This document shows, in pieces, positions 32,687-43,151 of a DNA stretch of 64,000 nucleotides (position 1 is the stretch's first letter; each line of letters opens with the position of its first letter). The notes under the pieces were generated by a model that made no database searches, was not told where the DNA came from, and saw only the letters and a program-made list of their open reading frames with translations. The DNA lies in assembly GCA_965246715.1 (NCBI GenBank), contig CBDFFH010000002.1, forward strand, positions 64,001 through 128,000, given 5' to 3'. The translations under genes and the position numbers were made by a program. This stretch comes from Chamaesiphon sp. (GTDB lineage Bacteria > Cyanobacteriota > Cyanobacteriia > Cyanobacteriales > Chamaesiphonaceae).

Positions 32687-33166
32687 ATGGATGATATGAA
32701 TCAGAATTTAATTGATAAGTTGCTCATCGATTTGAAAAGTAGCGATGAGAACATTCGCGAACGGGCAACCAGTCAACTATGGCGGATCTGGTTTTGGGAA
32801 AAAGGCAAGCTCCCACTCGAACAGATTGAAGAGAGCGAGCGATTATTAGCTGAGGGCGATCCTGATGCTGCTGGGGCAATTTTAGATGAGTTAGTGGCTG
32901 CTTTGCCAGATTTTGCGGAAGCTTGGAATCGGCGGGCGGTATTAGGATTTGTGATGCACAAATACGATCGCGCGATCGATGATTGTGAGATGGTGCTGAA
33001 ACTCAATCCCGTACATTTTGGCGCGCTTCATGGCTTAGGTTTATGTCATGCTGCATTGGGTAATTATTCCGCTGCAATTAGTGCCTTTAGGTCGGCATTA
33101 GCGATCCAGCCTCATGCGATCGAAAATCAACGGTTACTTTTAGAATGTACGGCTAGACTAAGCTAG
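32687..33166 (+). CDS. TPR repeat protein
   Basis: PDFAEAWNRRA, NPVHFGALHGLGLC; ATG 32687 or 32696. Confidence 0.85.
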   Translation: MDDMNQNLIDKLLIDLKSSDENIRERATSQLWRIWFWEKGKLPLEQIEESERLLAEGDPDAAGAILDELVAALPDFAEAWNRRAVLGFVMHKYDRAIDDCEMVLKLNPVHFGALHGLGLCHAALGNYSAAISAFRSALAIQPHAIENQRLLLECTARLS

Positions 33167-33180
33167 CAAATTGTCGGGAT

Positions 33181-35730
33181 TTGGTCTATTTACACACATT
33201 CACCAATCGATCGCTTATGCAGTTTGGAGTTCGGCACCTACTTAGATTATGTGTGCTGGGGATTGTTTTGGGATGGTTTTATCATTATGTAATTACCGAT
33301 AGTTTTACAGCTACTAGATTATCGATAATAGAAGATTTTTCAAGTAGTTATCGCGATCCGATCGCCTTAGTTAGCAATGATTTAGCGCCCAAAATCGATC
33401 TCAGTCCTGCAGACTTCAATTATAAATTTAACGGTGAGTGGATCGGGCGATTAATCCTACCCAGTCAAGCGCAGATCGAACAGTCATCACTTACCGATTG
33501 GGTGTGGGTTGAAATCGAACATGCCCCGACAAAAAATCGGCAGTTAATTGGTAAAACCGTCCGTCTTACCTGGCAACCGAATTCACAGATCGACAGCGAT
33601 GTACAGCAAGTTACTACCGATATTAAGTTTACTGCGAGGACGATCGCGAGTCAAAAGCAAGGCAATATTCACCCCCTCAGACTTAATGGGAGATCGCAGG
33701 TTGGGGCACTACAATCGCTAGCTGGTGCGAGACCGACAGATGATGTTTTGGTAAAATTAGCTGTGGTGGGGGTGACGGGACGAGAAGGGGATGCTGGGGA
33801 TAGTTTGACGATCTCGATCGATCGCGAGCCACTACAAATAACGGGCAAATTGAAGGGATTAGTTGAGATTCTCGGCACGGATACCAGTCGCCCAGAATCG
33901 CTGCCAACAGCTTGTCCTGGGGCCACACCCTGCCCGAGTGAATACTTTCGAGTCCGACATTACCATCCCAACTCCGATACCTTTGACGGGCAAATCGAGA
34001 CGATTCGGATTCCACAGCAACCAGCAAAACGATCGGGTTTATTTCCTAGTACGATTCGGGATTTAGCATTGTCGCCCGCCAGCAGTCGAGGCTGGTATAT
34101 TTATGGTCAGCGCGACTCACAAGGTTTATTTACCGTCGCTGCCATCCAACCGCGATCCTTATTCCAACTTTCACTCACACCCAATATTACCGAGCGCGAG
34201 GCAAAATTAGACTACCTCAATCGCCAACACTGGGAAAGTACGCCAGCTAAAAAGGGACGAATAGAGAGAGTTACATTCGATCGACAGCCAGCGAAATTGG
34301 GAGAGCGAGCGCTCCTGATTCACTCATTTGGCGGCATCGGTGGCAAAACGGGAGATAACCTCGGATTGACAGCGACTGTCACCGGACATTTTGCTTATGG
34401 CATCGCCACAGTCGTGCGGGATGAATTTACTGGCGAATTGCAATGGTCGATCGAGTATCACCAAGTGTACGCTCACAATCCCGATGGGATCGTCGCCGGG
34501 AGACAAGATTGGGCGACGTACATGGGGCATCTCCAGCGGGGCTGGTTGGCAACTCGCCCGGTTGCAGATCTACTGATTAGCGATCCACCCGTGACAGAGG
34601 ATTATGATTTTGGCGGGATTAAACTCTCTCCCCTGACGGAATTGCAGCGACAATTACAGATATCAGCGGCGCGGTATCGCACTGGCGATGGGACGGGCAA
34701 TGCCAGCGTCACTCCAGCAACATCTTGCGTGCAAGATGCGAATCAAGCCCTCTATGTCACCATCAGGCAGCTAAATCAGCAAGTTAAATCCCAGGCGCAG
34801 ATTAGATCGTGGCTCGATACCCATCCCCAGCATCCCCAAACGGTTAAATTTAGGGAGTTACAAGCTTTGGGAGCCGAGCTAGAAACAAACCTCGCACCAT
34901 TGGGCATCGTGCGTCAAGATTGGCAACAAAACGCAGCGAAATTAGCGGGAACTAATCTAGCAACAGGATTTACCAGTAGTGGCAATCCGATTTTGGGATT
35001 GATGAGTTGGCGGACGATGTTACCGCGCGGTGCCCAGGACGGGATGGCGAAGATCTTCAGCCAACGTGGAGCGGCAATTTGGTTTTTAAATACTTATCAG
35101 GTTGGCGGTTGGAATCCTGATATTTTTCCGATCGCACCGACAGTTCTCTTCGGTCAACTGCCGCTATTATCAACGCTCGTCATTAGGCTCTGGGCGGGAA
35201 TAGTAACATTCCCAAATATTAGTGGTTGGCTGGCCGTGTTTGGGTTGTTGATTAGTTATAGCTTAGTCGCATTAACGATCGGATTTAAATCTGGGTTCTT
35301 AACTTTCGATCGGCAATTTAGTAGGGGTTTTAGCCGATTCTCGATGGCAGCAACTAAACCAACGCTCGGTAAGAACATTCGATCGCTCGTACATCTCTTT
35401 TTTCTACCCGCGTTATTAGAAGAGATCTTGTTTAGACTGTTATTAATTCCTCACCCGATCGAGACTGCTATTTCTAGCGATATCTATCTCTGGTTGATGA
35501 TTTCATTAGGACTATTTATCATTTATCATCCCGTTAACGCTCTGACATTTTATCAGCCAGGTAATCCGACTTTTATGGATTGGCGATTTCTAACTTTAAC
35601 GGGCTTACTAGGAATAGTTTGTGCGATCGCTTATCTACTGACTGGCTCGATTTGGGCAGCGGTGCTAATCCACTGGATCGTGGTAGTGGTATGGCTAAAA
35701 GTGTTGGGTGGCGATCGATGGTTACACTAA
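33181..35730 (+). CDS. Large protein with C-terminal CPBP (CAAX/Abi) intramembrane protease domain
   Basis: C-terminal PALLEEILFR, YHP, IHW motifs; long soluble N-terminal region with GHFAYG and SCVQD; start could be ATG 33217. Confidence 0.82.
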   Translation: MVYLHTFTNRSLMQFGVRHLLRLCVLGIVLGWFYHYVITDSFTATRLSIIEDFSSSYRDPIALVSNDLAPKIDLSPADFNYKFNGEWIGRLILPSQAQIEQSSLTDWVWVEIEHAPTKNRQLIGKTVRLTWQPNSQIDSDVQQVTTDIKFTARTIASQKQGNIHPLRLNGRSQVGALQSLAGARPTDDVLVKLAVVGVTGREGDAGDSLTISIDREPLQITGKLKGLVEILGTDTSRPESLPTACPGATPCPSEYFRVRHYHPNSDTFDGQIETIRIPQQPAKRSGLFPSTIRDLALSPASSRGWYIYGQRDSQGLFTVAAIQPRSLFQLSLTPNITEREAKLDYLNRQHWESTPAKKGRIERVTFDRQPAKLGERALLIHSFGGIGGKTGDNLGLTATVTGHFAYGIATVVRDEFTGELQWSIEYHQVYAHNPDGIVAGRQDWATYMGHLQRGWLATRPVADLLISDPPVTEDYDFGGIKLSPLTELQRQLQISAARYRTGDGTGNASVTPATSCVQDANQALYVTIRQLNQQVKSQAQIRSWLDTHPQHPQTVKFRELQALGAELETNLAPLGIVRQDWQQNAAKLAGTNLATGFTSSGNPILGLMSWRTMLPRGAQDGMAKIFSQRGAAIWFLNTYQVGGWNPDIFPIAPTVLFGQLPLLSTLVIRLWAGIVTFPNISGWLAVFGLLISYSLVALTIGFKSGFLTFDRQFSRGFSRFSMAATKPTLGKNIRSLVHLFFLPALLEEILFRLLLIPHPIETAISSDIYLWLMISLGLFIIYHPVNALTFYQPGNPTFMDWRFLTLTGLLGIVCAIAYLLTGSIWAAVLIHWIVVVVWLKVLGGDRWLH

Positions 35731-36039
35731 CCTCAGTTCAGGATAAGGAAAATTGATTTGCTCCGCTCTAGCACCGCCCTGAACTGGAAGTGTCTCGTTC
35801 CGAGAGGCTACGCCAACGGGCTAATAACTCAAGTTCTCTTCAGAGAACTGCCAGATCGATTAGTTCGTTTTAACGAACTTTTGCTATTAGCCCCTGCTTG
35901 GTGCAACACATGCGGAGGGAACCTCCGCGTGATTGCATCCGCAAATTCATTTGAGGGCGGTGCAGAAACGAAGCTAGGAGTCATCGATTCTCCAAGGAGA
36001 GGCTATCGCCAACGGAACTCCTTGTCCCGAACTTAGGTA
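35728..36039. repeat. Degenerate MITE-like element carrying small dispersed repeat modules
   Basis: TIRs ACCTCAGTTCAGGATAAG / CTTGTCCCGAACTTAGGT; two GAGAGGCTA(T)CGCCAACG modules; GCGGAGGGAACCTCCGC hairpin. Confidence 0.75.
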
Positions 36040-36360
36040 TAAGTACTAAAACTAGCCACTAGCCACTAATAATGCCCTTCACGAGGATGAGAACCGCTAG
36101 ATCTAACGCAAAATCTGCCGATCGAATGTCGGGATGGAATTTTAGTAAATTGTCACTATTGGCATATATACCTATCAACAGAGATTTTGCGAAATTAAAT
36201 TTGGTGTAGTTCAGCACAGACCGAACCGAAAGTACCCAAGTTATCAGATGATAAAGATTGTCTAGATCGATCGAGCCAAGGCGGTCATGGTGGAGATGCC
36301 AGTTAACCCCTAGTGGTAACGATAGGATCTATTTAAGATTGTTATTTTTTAGAGGTTATT

Positions 36361-37650
36361 GTGAAAAAAGTTTTAGCGATTATTTTAGGTGGTGGTGCGG
36401 GTACCAGGTTGTATCCCCTGACGAAACTGCGGGCAAAACCAGCTGTGCCGTTGGCAGGTAAATATCGGTTGATCGATATCCCCGTGAGCAACTGTATCAA
36501 CTCCGAAATTTTCAAAATCTATGTGCTGACACAATTTAACTCAGCCTCGCTCAATCGGCATTTATCCCGTGCCTACAATTTTTCTGGCTTCAGCGATGGC
36601 TTTGTCGAAGTGCTAGCCGCGCAACAAACCAAAGATAACCCCGACTGGTTTCAGGGTACAGCTGATGCGGTGCGGCAGTATCTGTCGGTAATCGAAGAGT
36701 GGGATGTTGAAGAAGTCGTGATTCTGTCTGGCGATCATCTCTATCGGATGGATTATCGGTTGTTTGTCGAACGCCACCGCGAAACTAATGCCGATATTAC
36801 ACTGTCCGTAGTCCCGATCGGCGAGAAAAATGCTTCCGAATTTGGGCTGATGAAAGTCGATGCGACCGGACGAGTCGTAGAATTCAGTGAGAAGCCCAAA
36901 GGTGAGGCGCTGACGAACATGCGTGTCGATACCACCAAACTAGGTCTCAATGCCGAACAAGCAGCTCAGAAGCCCTATATTGCCTCGATGGGGATTTATG
37001 TCTTCAAGAAGCAAGTACTGATCGATTTACTCAAAAAGTCGTTAGAGCAGACCGATTTTGGTAAAGAAATTATTCCTGGTGCCTCTGCTACTCACAATAT
37101 TCAAGCCTTCCTCTTCGATGACTACTGGGAAGATATCGGAACGATCGAGTCGTTCTATGATGCTAACTTAGCACTCACCCAGCAACCGACTCCACCATTT
37201 AGTTTCTACGACGAGCAAGCACCGATTTACACGCGTTCGCGCTATCTCCCACCCACCAAATTATTAGATTCCCACGTTACCGAATCGATGATCGGGGAAG
37301 GCTGTATCATCAAAAAATGTCGGATTCACCACTCAGTCTTGGGCGTGCGATCGCGAATTATGGATGGTTGTACGATCGAAGATTCCCTAATCATGGGTTC
37401 TGACTTTTACGAACCCGCTCCCGAACGCAAAACTCAAGCAGAGAACGGTGGTATCCCGATCGGGATTGGGGAAAATTGCACGATTCGCCGCGCTATTATC
37501 GACAAGAATGCCCGGATCGGTTCTAATGTGATGATTATCAATAAAGATGGGGTCGATGAAGCCCAACAAGAAGATCGCGGTTTCTACATCCGCAGTGGGA
37601 TTGTAGTAGTACTTAAAAATGCAACTATTCCCAACGGAACGGTTATTTAG
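36361..37650 (+). CDS. glgC: Glucose-1-phosphate adenylyltransferase (ADP-glucose pyrophosphorylase)
   Basis: [48 protein letters not shown]. Confidence 0.97.
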   Translation: MKKVLAIILGGGAGTRLYPLTKLRAKPAVPLAGKYRLIDIPVSNCINSEIFKIYVLTQFNSASLNRHLSRAYNFSGFSDGFVEVLAAQQTKDNPDWFQGTADAVRQYLSVIEEWDVEEVVILSGDHLYRMDYRLFVERHRETNADITLSVVPIGEKNASEFGLMKVDATGRVVEFSEKPKGEALTNMRVDTTKLGLNAEQAAQKPYIASMGIYVFKKQVLIDLLKKSLEQTDFGKEIIPGASATHNIQAFLFDDYWEDIGTIESFYDANLALTQQPTPPFSFYDEQAPIYTRSRYLPPTKLLDSHVTESMIGEGCIIKKCRIHHSVLGVRSRIMDGCTIEDSLIMGSDFYEPAPERKTQAENGGIPIGIGENCTIRRAIIDKNARIGSNVMIINKDGVDEAQQEDRGFYIRSGIVVVLKNATIPNGTVI

Positions 37651-37673
37651 ATTATCGATCTAATCAGTCGAGC

Positions 37674-37701
37674 GTGGGAGATAAGCAAGCTTATCTCCCA
37701 C
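37674..37701. terminator. Hairpin between convergent genes (bidirectional terminator)
   Basis: GTGGGAGATAAGC-AA-GCTTATCTCCCAC. Confidence 0.7.
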
Positions 37702-37704
37702 TTA

Positions 37705-38160
37705 TTAAATACCTTGTGGGGATTGTTTGAAGTGTGATTCTAGTTCTTGAATCGCACTCAGAATCCGATCGAATAATCGATCGGTGCCACTTACGAGTTT
37801 GGCAGCACTGTAGTACAGCATTGCATTAAAACCACCAGTATCGCCAGACATCCGAAAGTCCGTTCTCACTGCGACGATCGGGATCTCGCGACTGGCCGCA
37901 TAGCCGCATTCCCAACAAGTACCACTATCCGCATCCGCTCCGTCCAAAATTGCCACGACGATTGCTGCCGCGCGGAGTCCTGCTAAACAAGTTTTATAGA
38001 TATCTTCACCTTCCCGCCCCACGCATTCCTGTTGGGGTAAAAAGACCCGATAGCCACTCGCACTCAGTCGCTCGGCTAAACTTAGATTAAAGTCTTTTTC
38101 ACCTTGGGTAAATAACGGGCCAGCTAAGTAAATGTGAGTTGGGTGCGATCGGGATTGCAT
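37705..38160 (-). CDS. Nucleoside 2-deoxyribosyltransferase family protein
   Basis: IYLAGPLF, DG...DSGTCWECGYA, FNAML. Confidence 0.88.
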   Translation of the reverse strand: MQSRSHPTHIYLAGPLFTQGEKDFNLSLAERLSASGYRVFLPQQECVGREGEDIYKTCLAGLRAAAIVVAILDGADADSGTCWECGYAASREIPIVAVRTDFRMSGDTGGFNAMLYYSAAKLVSGTDRLFDRILSAIQELESHFKQSPQGI

Positions 38161-38321
38161 ATTTATTTGTACCTATCGATCGAGATTTTGCAGAGTTTTT
38201 GCTTTGCCATAGTCTATCCCGATCGATCTCTCTCGCCGTTGTCATGCGCTCGCGATTCGATCGGGTGAGTGCATGTTTAATTCGATAATTAGCTTAGCTC
38301 TCTCTTGCCTGAGCAAGCATA

Positions 38322-39515
38322 TTACACTTGTGAGAGTAACTTAACTAATGGCTGTGTCAACCAATTAAATCCGACCTTAAGCTGATGCTCTAAAGTTGGC
38401 AGGCGATAGAGGTAAGTCAATCGCCGAGCGAGATAAGCCAACGGGCCATCTAACTGGATGCCCAAACCAGACAGCACGGCATTATCGCTACCCAATGTCA
38501 TCATTTCGCCGAGATTGGTATAGTTGAATGGCAACAACGGTCGATCGGTTAGCGACGACCAAATATTCCAAGCGACAAAATCAGACTGTTGGAACGCAAC
38601 CTGAGCGTTAGTGGGAATAGATTTACCTTCAGGATCGATAATGGCAGCAGCATCTCCGAGCGCAAAGATATCAGGATTGTCTTTGACTTGGAGCATTGCG
38701 GAGATTGAAATCTTGCCTTGCTCGTTCAGCGGTAGCTCGAAGCCGTTAATCGCTGGACTTACCTGATTGCCCACCGTCCACATCACGATTTCCGCAGGAA
38801 TGACATCGGTTTGACCTTTGTAAATTAGCCCGATCGAGCTAGCCGTAACTTCCGAAACGGTCGTTTCGAGGTCTACCCAAACTCCGCGCTGTTCTAGCGC
38901 CTTGAGGGCAGCATTACGGTTAAATTCTGGGGCATTTGGCAAGATCGTATCGCGCGATTGGATCAGGCGAATGCGACCGCGATCTTTGAGCCTGTCGGCA
39001 AGTTTACAAGCTAGTTCGACACCGCTATAACCAGCACCGACGATCGCGACACGAATCCGTTCTGGGGACGACTCTTCTAATAACCGGAGCTTGGCATCTA
39101 ATTTATGAGCATCTTGAAGATTGCGGAATGCAATCGCATGTTCGGTAACTCCAGGAACACTTTCAGAGGGCGTTTCACACCCTAATGCGAGTACCAATCG
39201 ATCGTAGGCGATCGCTGTCTCATCTTGTAAAATGACGTGTTTATTCGATCGATCCACCTTATCGACCGATCCTTGGACGAAGCGAATCCCGGTACCCTTC
39301 AATAATTCACCATACGGTGGGGCGATTTCCCAAGTTTGCAATTCACCCGTGACGAGTTCGTAGAGCAGGGGGGTGAACAAAAAATTGGGCTGACGATCGA
39401 TCAAGGTAATTTCGGGTTCGTTGCCATGTTCCCAAGCAAGTTGATGCAACCGGAGGGCCGTATACAAACCCCCAAATCCCCCACCGAGGATACAGATACG
39501 CGGTACTGAAGTCAT
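38322..39515 (-). CDS. ndbB: Type II NAD(P)H dehydrogenase (NdbB/NDC1-like)
   Basis: ILGGGFGGLYTAL, FTPLLYEL, VGAGYSGVELACKLADRL, AQVAFQQ, LGEMMTLG. Confidence 0.82.
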   Translation of the reverse strand: MTSVPRICILGGGFGGLYTALRLHQLAWEHGNEPEITLIDRQPNFLFTPLLYELVTGELQTWEIAPPYGELLKGTGIRFVQGSVDKVDRSNKHVILQDETAIAYDRLVLALGCETPSESVPGVTEHAIAFRNLQDAHKLDAKLRLLEESSPERIRVAIVGAGYSGVELACKLADRLKDRGRIRLIQSRDTILPNAPEFNRNAALKALEQRGVWVDLETTVSEVTASSIGLIYKGQTDVIPAEIVMWTVGNQVSPAINGFELPLNEQGKISISAMLQVKDNPDIFALGDAAAIIDPEGKSIPTNAQVAFQQSDFVAWNIWSSLTDRPLLPFNYTNLGEMMTLGSDNAVLSGLGIQLDGPLAYLARRLTYLYRLPTLEHQLKVGFNWLTQPLVKLLSQV

Positions 39516-39621
39516 AAGTAAATGGTGTTTGGCGATCGGCGATGAGCTACTTTATTTACTGTAACAATTCTGCGTCGGCTCTGCTGTCGCGACAACCGAT
39601 ATCCCGATCGTCTGGGCACCG

Positions 39622-40554
39622 CTACTTGAGGCTTTTTAGATAAGCAGTATGTACCTCTTGGACGCTATATTGATTGAGAAAAATTCTGGCAAATTGTTCG
39701 GCTAATTGCGGCTTTTTACGATCGATCGTCCATTGCAACAGGGGTTTCATCGTCCGCTCGTTGAGCAAACCGCCGAGCGATAAAATATTCCACAAAATTC
39801 GGTGAAATACAGTCATTTGAATCATGATTTTGACATCGAGCGTTGGATGCTTCTGATAGAAAATTACGCCCATTTGCCCGCGTTCGATTTCTTGCTGGAT
39901 CAACCGGGGAATGCGATCGAGTGTAAAAGCTGGATGCCAATGATAACCCACGGCCTCTGGACATTTAACCATCTTAATTCCCCGATTTTTCAGCCTTACA
40001 CCCAATTCTAAATCTTCCCAACCATACAAATTAAAGTCCATGTCAAACAAACCGACTTCCATCAGCCAATGTCTCGAAATTGCGACATTAGTAGTGGCAA
40101 AATAAGCATTAGAAAAGTCGATAATTTTATACTTCTCACTAGTAGGATCTTCAAAATTTGCGGTATTAATTACTGCGCCATAAGTGAAAATTTTGTCATC
40201 ACCTGCTGCTTGTTGCGCCTGAAGGAGCGCATCTGTATGACATTGCAGGAAGGTTGGGAGGACGACAATATCGCTATCGATGAAAATAATGATGTCGCCT
40301 TTTGCCTGTTCTACGCCCAGATTCCGCGCTGCAGAGGCTCCTTTGTGAGCTTGCTCGTAGATTTTTACATGGGGCAATTCGGCAGTATTATTTTTTAACC
40401 AGTCGATCGTCCCATCAGTCGAACCGTCATCGACGACGATCGTTTCATACCCAGTCACAGTTTGAGGGTCGAAAGTTTGAATTTCTAATGCGCTCAGACA
40501 TTTCTGGAGAATCGGAAGTCGGTTGTACGTAGGAATGACGATGCTAAAAAACAC
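39622..40554 (-). CDS. GT2-family glycosyltransferase
   Basis: SIVIPTYNR, VDDGSTDGT, FIDSD, YGWEDLELG; GTG 40554 preferred. Confidence 0.9.
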   Translation of the reverse strand: MFFSIVIPTYNRLPILQKCLSALEIQTFDPQTVTGYETIVVDDGSTDGTIDWLKNNTAELPHVKIYEQAHKGASAARNLGVEQAKGDIIIFIDSDIVVLPTFLQCHTDALLQAQQAAGDDKIFTYGAVINTANFEDPTSEKYKIIDFSNAYFATTNVAISRHWLMEVGLFDMDFNLYGWEDLELGVRLKNRGIKMVKCPEAVGYHWHPAFTLDRIPRLIQQEIERGQMGVIFYQKHPTLDVKIMIQMTVFHRILWNILSLGGLLNERTMKPLLQWTIDRKKPQLAEQFARIFLNQYSVQEVHTAYLKSLK

Positions 40555-40714
40555 TGATCTTACCCTCAAGGATCGAGATTGCTTAGGATGGAGCGATGGC
40601 GACACGCGCGATCGTCTTACACTAGTTTATGACACGATCGCGACTTCCAGAGTTTCCGGAATCGAACGCGCGATCGGTGTATCTAGCTAGAAGATCTTAC
40701 AGCGAGGATGGCAG

Positions 40715-41035
40715 ATGGTATCGAGACGCATGGAACGGTTGGGGGGAGTATTTATTGCCACTCTCAGCGCGATCTTAACGATCTGGAATTGGCATCTGGC
40801 ACTCTCGGAAGGTCATTTTTATCTCAAAGCTGCACTAATCGGGCCAGCATTTACGATGATCGGCTTGGGTTTAATCTTATTTCCTGGCTATCGCACCGAA
40901 CGGATCGAGCGCGGCGAAGATATCACTCAATTGACGGGGATTGGCCTACTCACACCCCGCTGGTGGGGGATTTTGGCAATCTCGCTCGGTAGTGGGTTAG
41001 TTAATTTAGGTACATTAAAAGGCTGGCAGTTGTAA
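40715..41035 (+). CDS. Small membrane protein (3 TM), unknown function
   Basis: Three hydrophobic helices; GAGG RBS-like sequence upstream. Confidence 0.7.
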   Translation: MVSRRMERLGGVFIATLSAILTIWNWHLALSEGHFYLKAALIGPAFTMIGLGLILFPGYRTERIERGEDITQLTGIGLLTPRWWGILAISLGSGLVNLGTLKGWQL

Positions 41036-41119
41036 TTATATTCTCATTAAGATTTTCGGACTTGTTGACTTCAGTAGTTAGCTGAGGTAATTTAGGCTTA
41101 TTGGGTTCAAAACAAAAAT

Positions 41120-41395
41120 ATGACCACAATTGCTCCTCAATCAGTCACTACCGAGCAAGATCCTCGCCCAGAGAAAATGCGAGTAATTGCATACAACATG
41201 GATTTGTTATTCCCTGGATTATATATCTGGCTCGGATCTTTAGTACTAAAGTTTGGCGGACACGAGCCTGATGATGCTCCTTATCGATACCCTGGCACGA
41301 TCGATAGTAATTATGGATTTGCGATCGTTTTTCCTGGCTATAAAATCTTAACGACCTACAAGGGTTCGTATGACCCTAGACAAACATCAGATTGA
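41120..41395 (+). CDS. Hypothetical protein (first of an overlapping pair)
   Basis: 91-aa ORF with protein-like composition and an A-rich leader. Confidence 0.65.
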   Translation: MTTIAPQSVTTEQDPRPEKMRVIAYNMDLLFPGLYIWLGSLVLKFGGHEPDDAPYRYPGTIDSNYGFAIVFPGYKILTTYKGSYDPRQTSD

Positions 41396-41600
41396 TGGCG
41401 TATCTGAATTTTCAAGCAAGACGCTACCTGCGGAAGAATTTGAAGCTAGATTAATTGATGCAGGATATTCCAAAGCTGGATCTGCACCAGCACAAGGAGG
41501 TAGGGTAAAAATCTGGTGGACGCATGCCGAATATCAACGCGTAGAATCTATTTACAGTGGTGACAAACAAACTGTAATTACTGCGTATCATGTTTCCTGA
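41370..41600 (+). CDS. Hypothetical protein (second of the pair; possible small RNase-toxin-like fold)
   Basis: 76 aa; overlaps the previous ORF by 26 bp; ends VITAYH. Confidence 0.65.
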   Translation: MTLDKHQIDGVSEFSSKTLPAEEFEARLIDAGYSKAGSAPAQGGRVKIWWTHAEYQRVESIYSGDKQTVITAYHVS

Positions 41601-41641
41601 ATTTTATTAATTTCGCTCTTTGTCGATCGAGACTTCCCCAG

Positions 41642-42004
41642 CTATACTCGATCGTCTAGCAGATCGTCGAAGCAACTCAGGGGTACTTGCCAGAGATATT
41701 GTTTCAGGTCGATTTTACCGCGATCGTTAAATGAGATCCCCTCCTGTTCTAGCAGATTTCGCTGCACGTAGTCTCCGCCTTCTCTGGCTGTTGAATAAGA
41801 TATTTCACCTTTAGCATTAACAACTCTTTGCCAGGGAATATTAGAAGTAGGCTCGACTTGAAACATAGCATAACCCACCAACCTCGCTTTACCATACAAT
41901 CCAGCTAGCTCGGCAATTTGGCCGTAGGTTGCAACCTTCCCAACGGGAACCTGCCGCACGACTAGATAAATTTTGTGATATGCAGATTGGGATTTTTCAG
42001 CCAT
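41642..42004 (-). CDS. Alkyltransferase-like (ATL/YbaZ, MGMT family) protein
   Basis: VPVGKVATYGQIA, ARLVG, PWQRVVN (Trp in place of the catalytic Cys). Confidence 0.9.
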   Translation of the reverse strand: MAEKSQSAYHKIYLVVRQVPVGKVATYGQIAELAGLYGKARLVGYAMFQVEPTSNIPWQRVVNAKGEISYSTAREGGDYVQRNLLEQEGISFNDRGKIDLKQYLWQVPLSCFDDLLDDRV

Positions 42005-42018
42005 ACAATTAGATTAGA

Positions 42019-42498
42019 TTAGATTGACGTTAACATCGCAATTGATTCCTCAACATCCAAATCGAGATCGCTAAAATGAGCTTTTAAATCGCCATAGATA
42101 ATATTATTGTAATCTATGCCAACGAACCAGCAAGGATCTATCCCAATTTTCATAGACAAGGTTTCATGTCTGTCTTGTTCTGATGGGAAAAAATTAGAAT
42201 CGATTAAATATTCAATACCAAACCTATAATAATTATCATAATGTGAGATTGTAACTGGTGAAATTGGGTTGCTCAATATATTGAAAATCTGTCGCCAGTT
42301 AGTTTGACACTCAAACATTTCAACTATTTTTTTAGCTCGATCGACGTTATCAACAACAATATTAGAGTAATGATTCCCCATTGGTTGAGACAGGTAACTA
42401 GACAGATGTTGTAAAAAGTAGTTATAGAGCTTCGATCGCGAGAGCTGGATTAGATTTTGATGTCCCAAAACAATAAGATTCATCTGATTCGATCGCAA
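42019..42498 (-). CDS. Hypothetical protein, AT-rich
   Basis: Open frame between ATL and the next ORF; true start uncertain (several Met codons). Confidence 0.5.
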   Translation of the reverse strand: MRSNQMNLIVLGHQNLIQLSRSKLYNYFLQHLSSYLSQPMGNHYSNIVVDNVDRAKKIVEMFECQTNWRQIFNILSNPISPVTISHYDNYYRFGIEYLIDSNFFPSEQDRHETLSMKIGIDPCWFVGIDYNNIIYGDLKAHFSDLDLDVEESIAMLTSI

Positions 42499-42513
42499 CT
42501 TTCCCGGTCGAGT

Positions 42514-43029
42514 TCACTCTAGAGATTTGCGAGCTAATGTGTTACAATCCAATCCATTAATAATCTCCAGCCGATCGGTTTCAAATTTTAAGGCAATACC
42601 TGACAATATTCCAGTTCCCATTGCTAGCAAAGATTGAGTGTCTCGATCGATTCCAGATTCGATAATCGCTATTTCCGTAATTATTTTGCCAACCAGATTG
42701 TCGAATTCAGGATTTCTTTGGCTGACCCATCGCAATGGCACGACATCAGGGTCTTCCACTCCACACCAATAAACTGGCCGATTTAGATCGATCGAGTTTA
42801 GAGAAAATGAGAATTTATCTAGCTTGGTAGCGCAAAATTCCAGTTGCTGTTCCTGAGTGCAGATAACGATTGGTGCATCATTAAACCATTCATCATCTTC
42901 CTCATCCCACAAACTCCAAATCGATCGAATTTGCATATTTGTTGTCGAGATTTGCCGCATTGAGGAAGACAACTCTGCTACAGAATTACTCCACTGCGGT
43001 TGATAATTATGAATTCCCCATTTACCCAT
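42514..43029 (-). CDS. Hypothetical acidic protein
   Basis: 171-aa ORF with W..WDEEDDEWFNDAPIV and NGLDCN motifs. Confidence 0.7.
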   Translation of the reverse strand: MGKWGIHNYQPQWSNSVAELSSSMRQISTTNMQIRSIWSLWDEEDDEWFNDAPIVICTQEQQLEFCATKLDKFSFSLNSIDLNRPVYWCGVEDPDVVPLRWVSQRNPEFDNLVGKIITEIAIIESGIDRDTQSLLAMGTGILSGIALKFETDRLEIINGLDCNTLARKSLE

Positions 43030-43095
43030 ACGTGTCTCTCACTCTGAAATATGCCTAATTCTTCAAATTTTAGCTCCAAAGCTCGCATTAGCAAA

Positions 43096-43130
43096 CAGAA
43101 CCCCGACTTTTCTAAAAAGTCGGGGTTCTG
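43096..43130. terminator. Hairpin downstream of infB (terminator or REP-like)
   Basis: CAGAACCCCGACTTTT-CTA-AAAAGTCGGGGTTCTG; related hairpins at 50114-50146 and 51543-51575. Confidence 0.7.
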
Positions 43131-43151
43131 CCACATCGTAATTACGATTAC

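Noticed and set aside
37705..38160. Nucleoside deoxyribosyltransferase as a defence or nucleotide-signalling component
   Set aside because: An isolated gene between housekeeping genes with no associated effector.
43096..43130. CCCCGACT...AGTCGGGG hairpins as IS200/IS605 or HEARO/omega-RNA ends
   Set aside because: No adjacent tnpA, tnpB or iscB gene and no extended RNA; they are better explained as terminator or REP-like hairpins.
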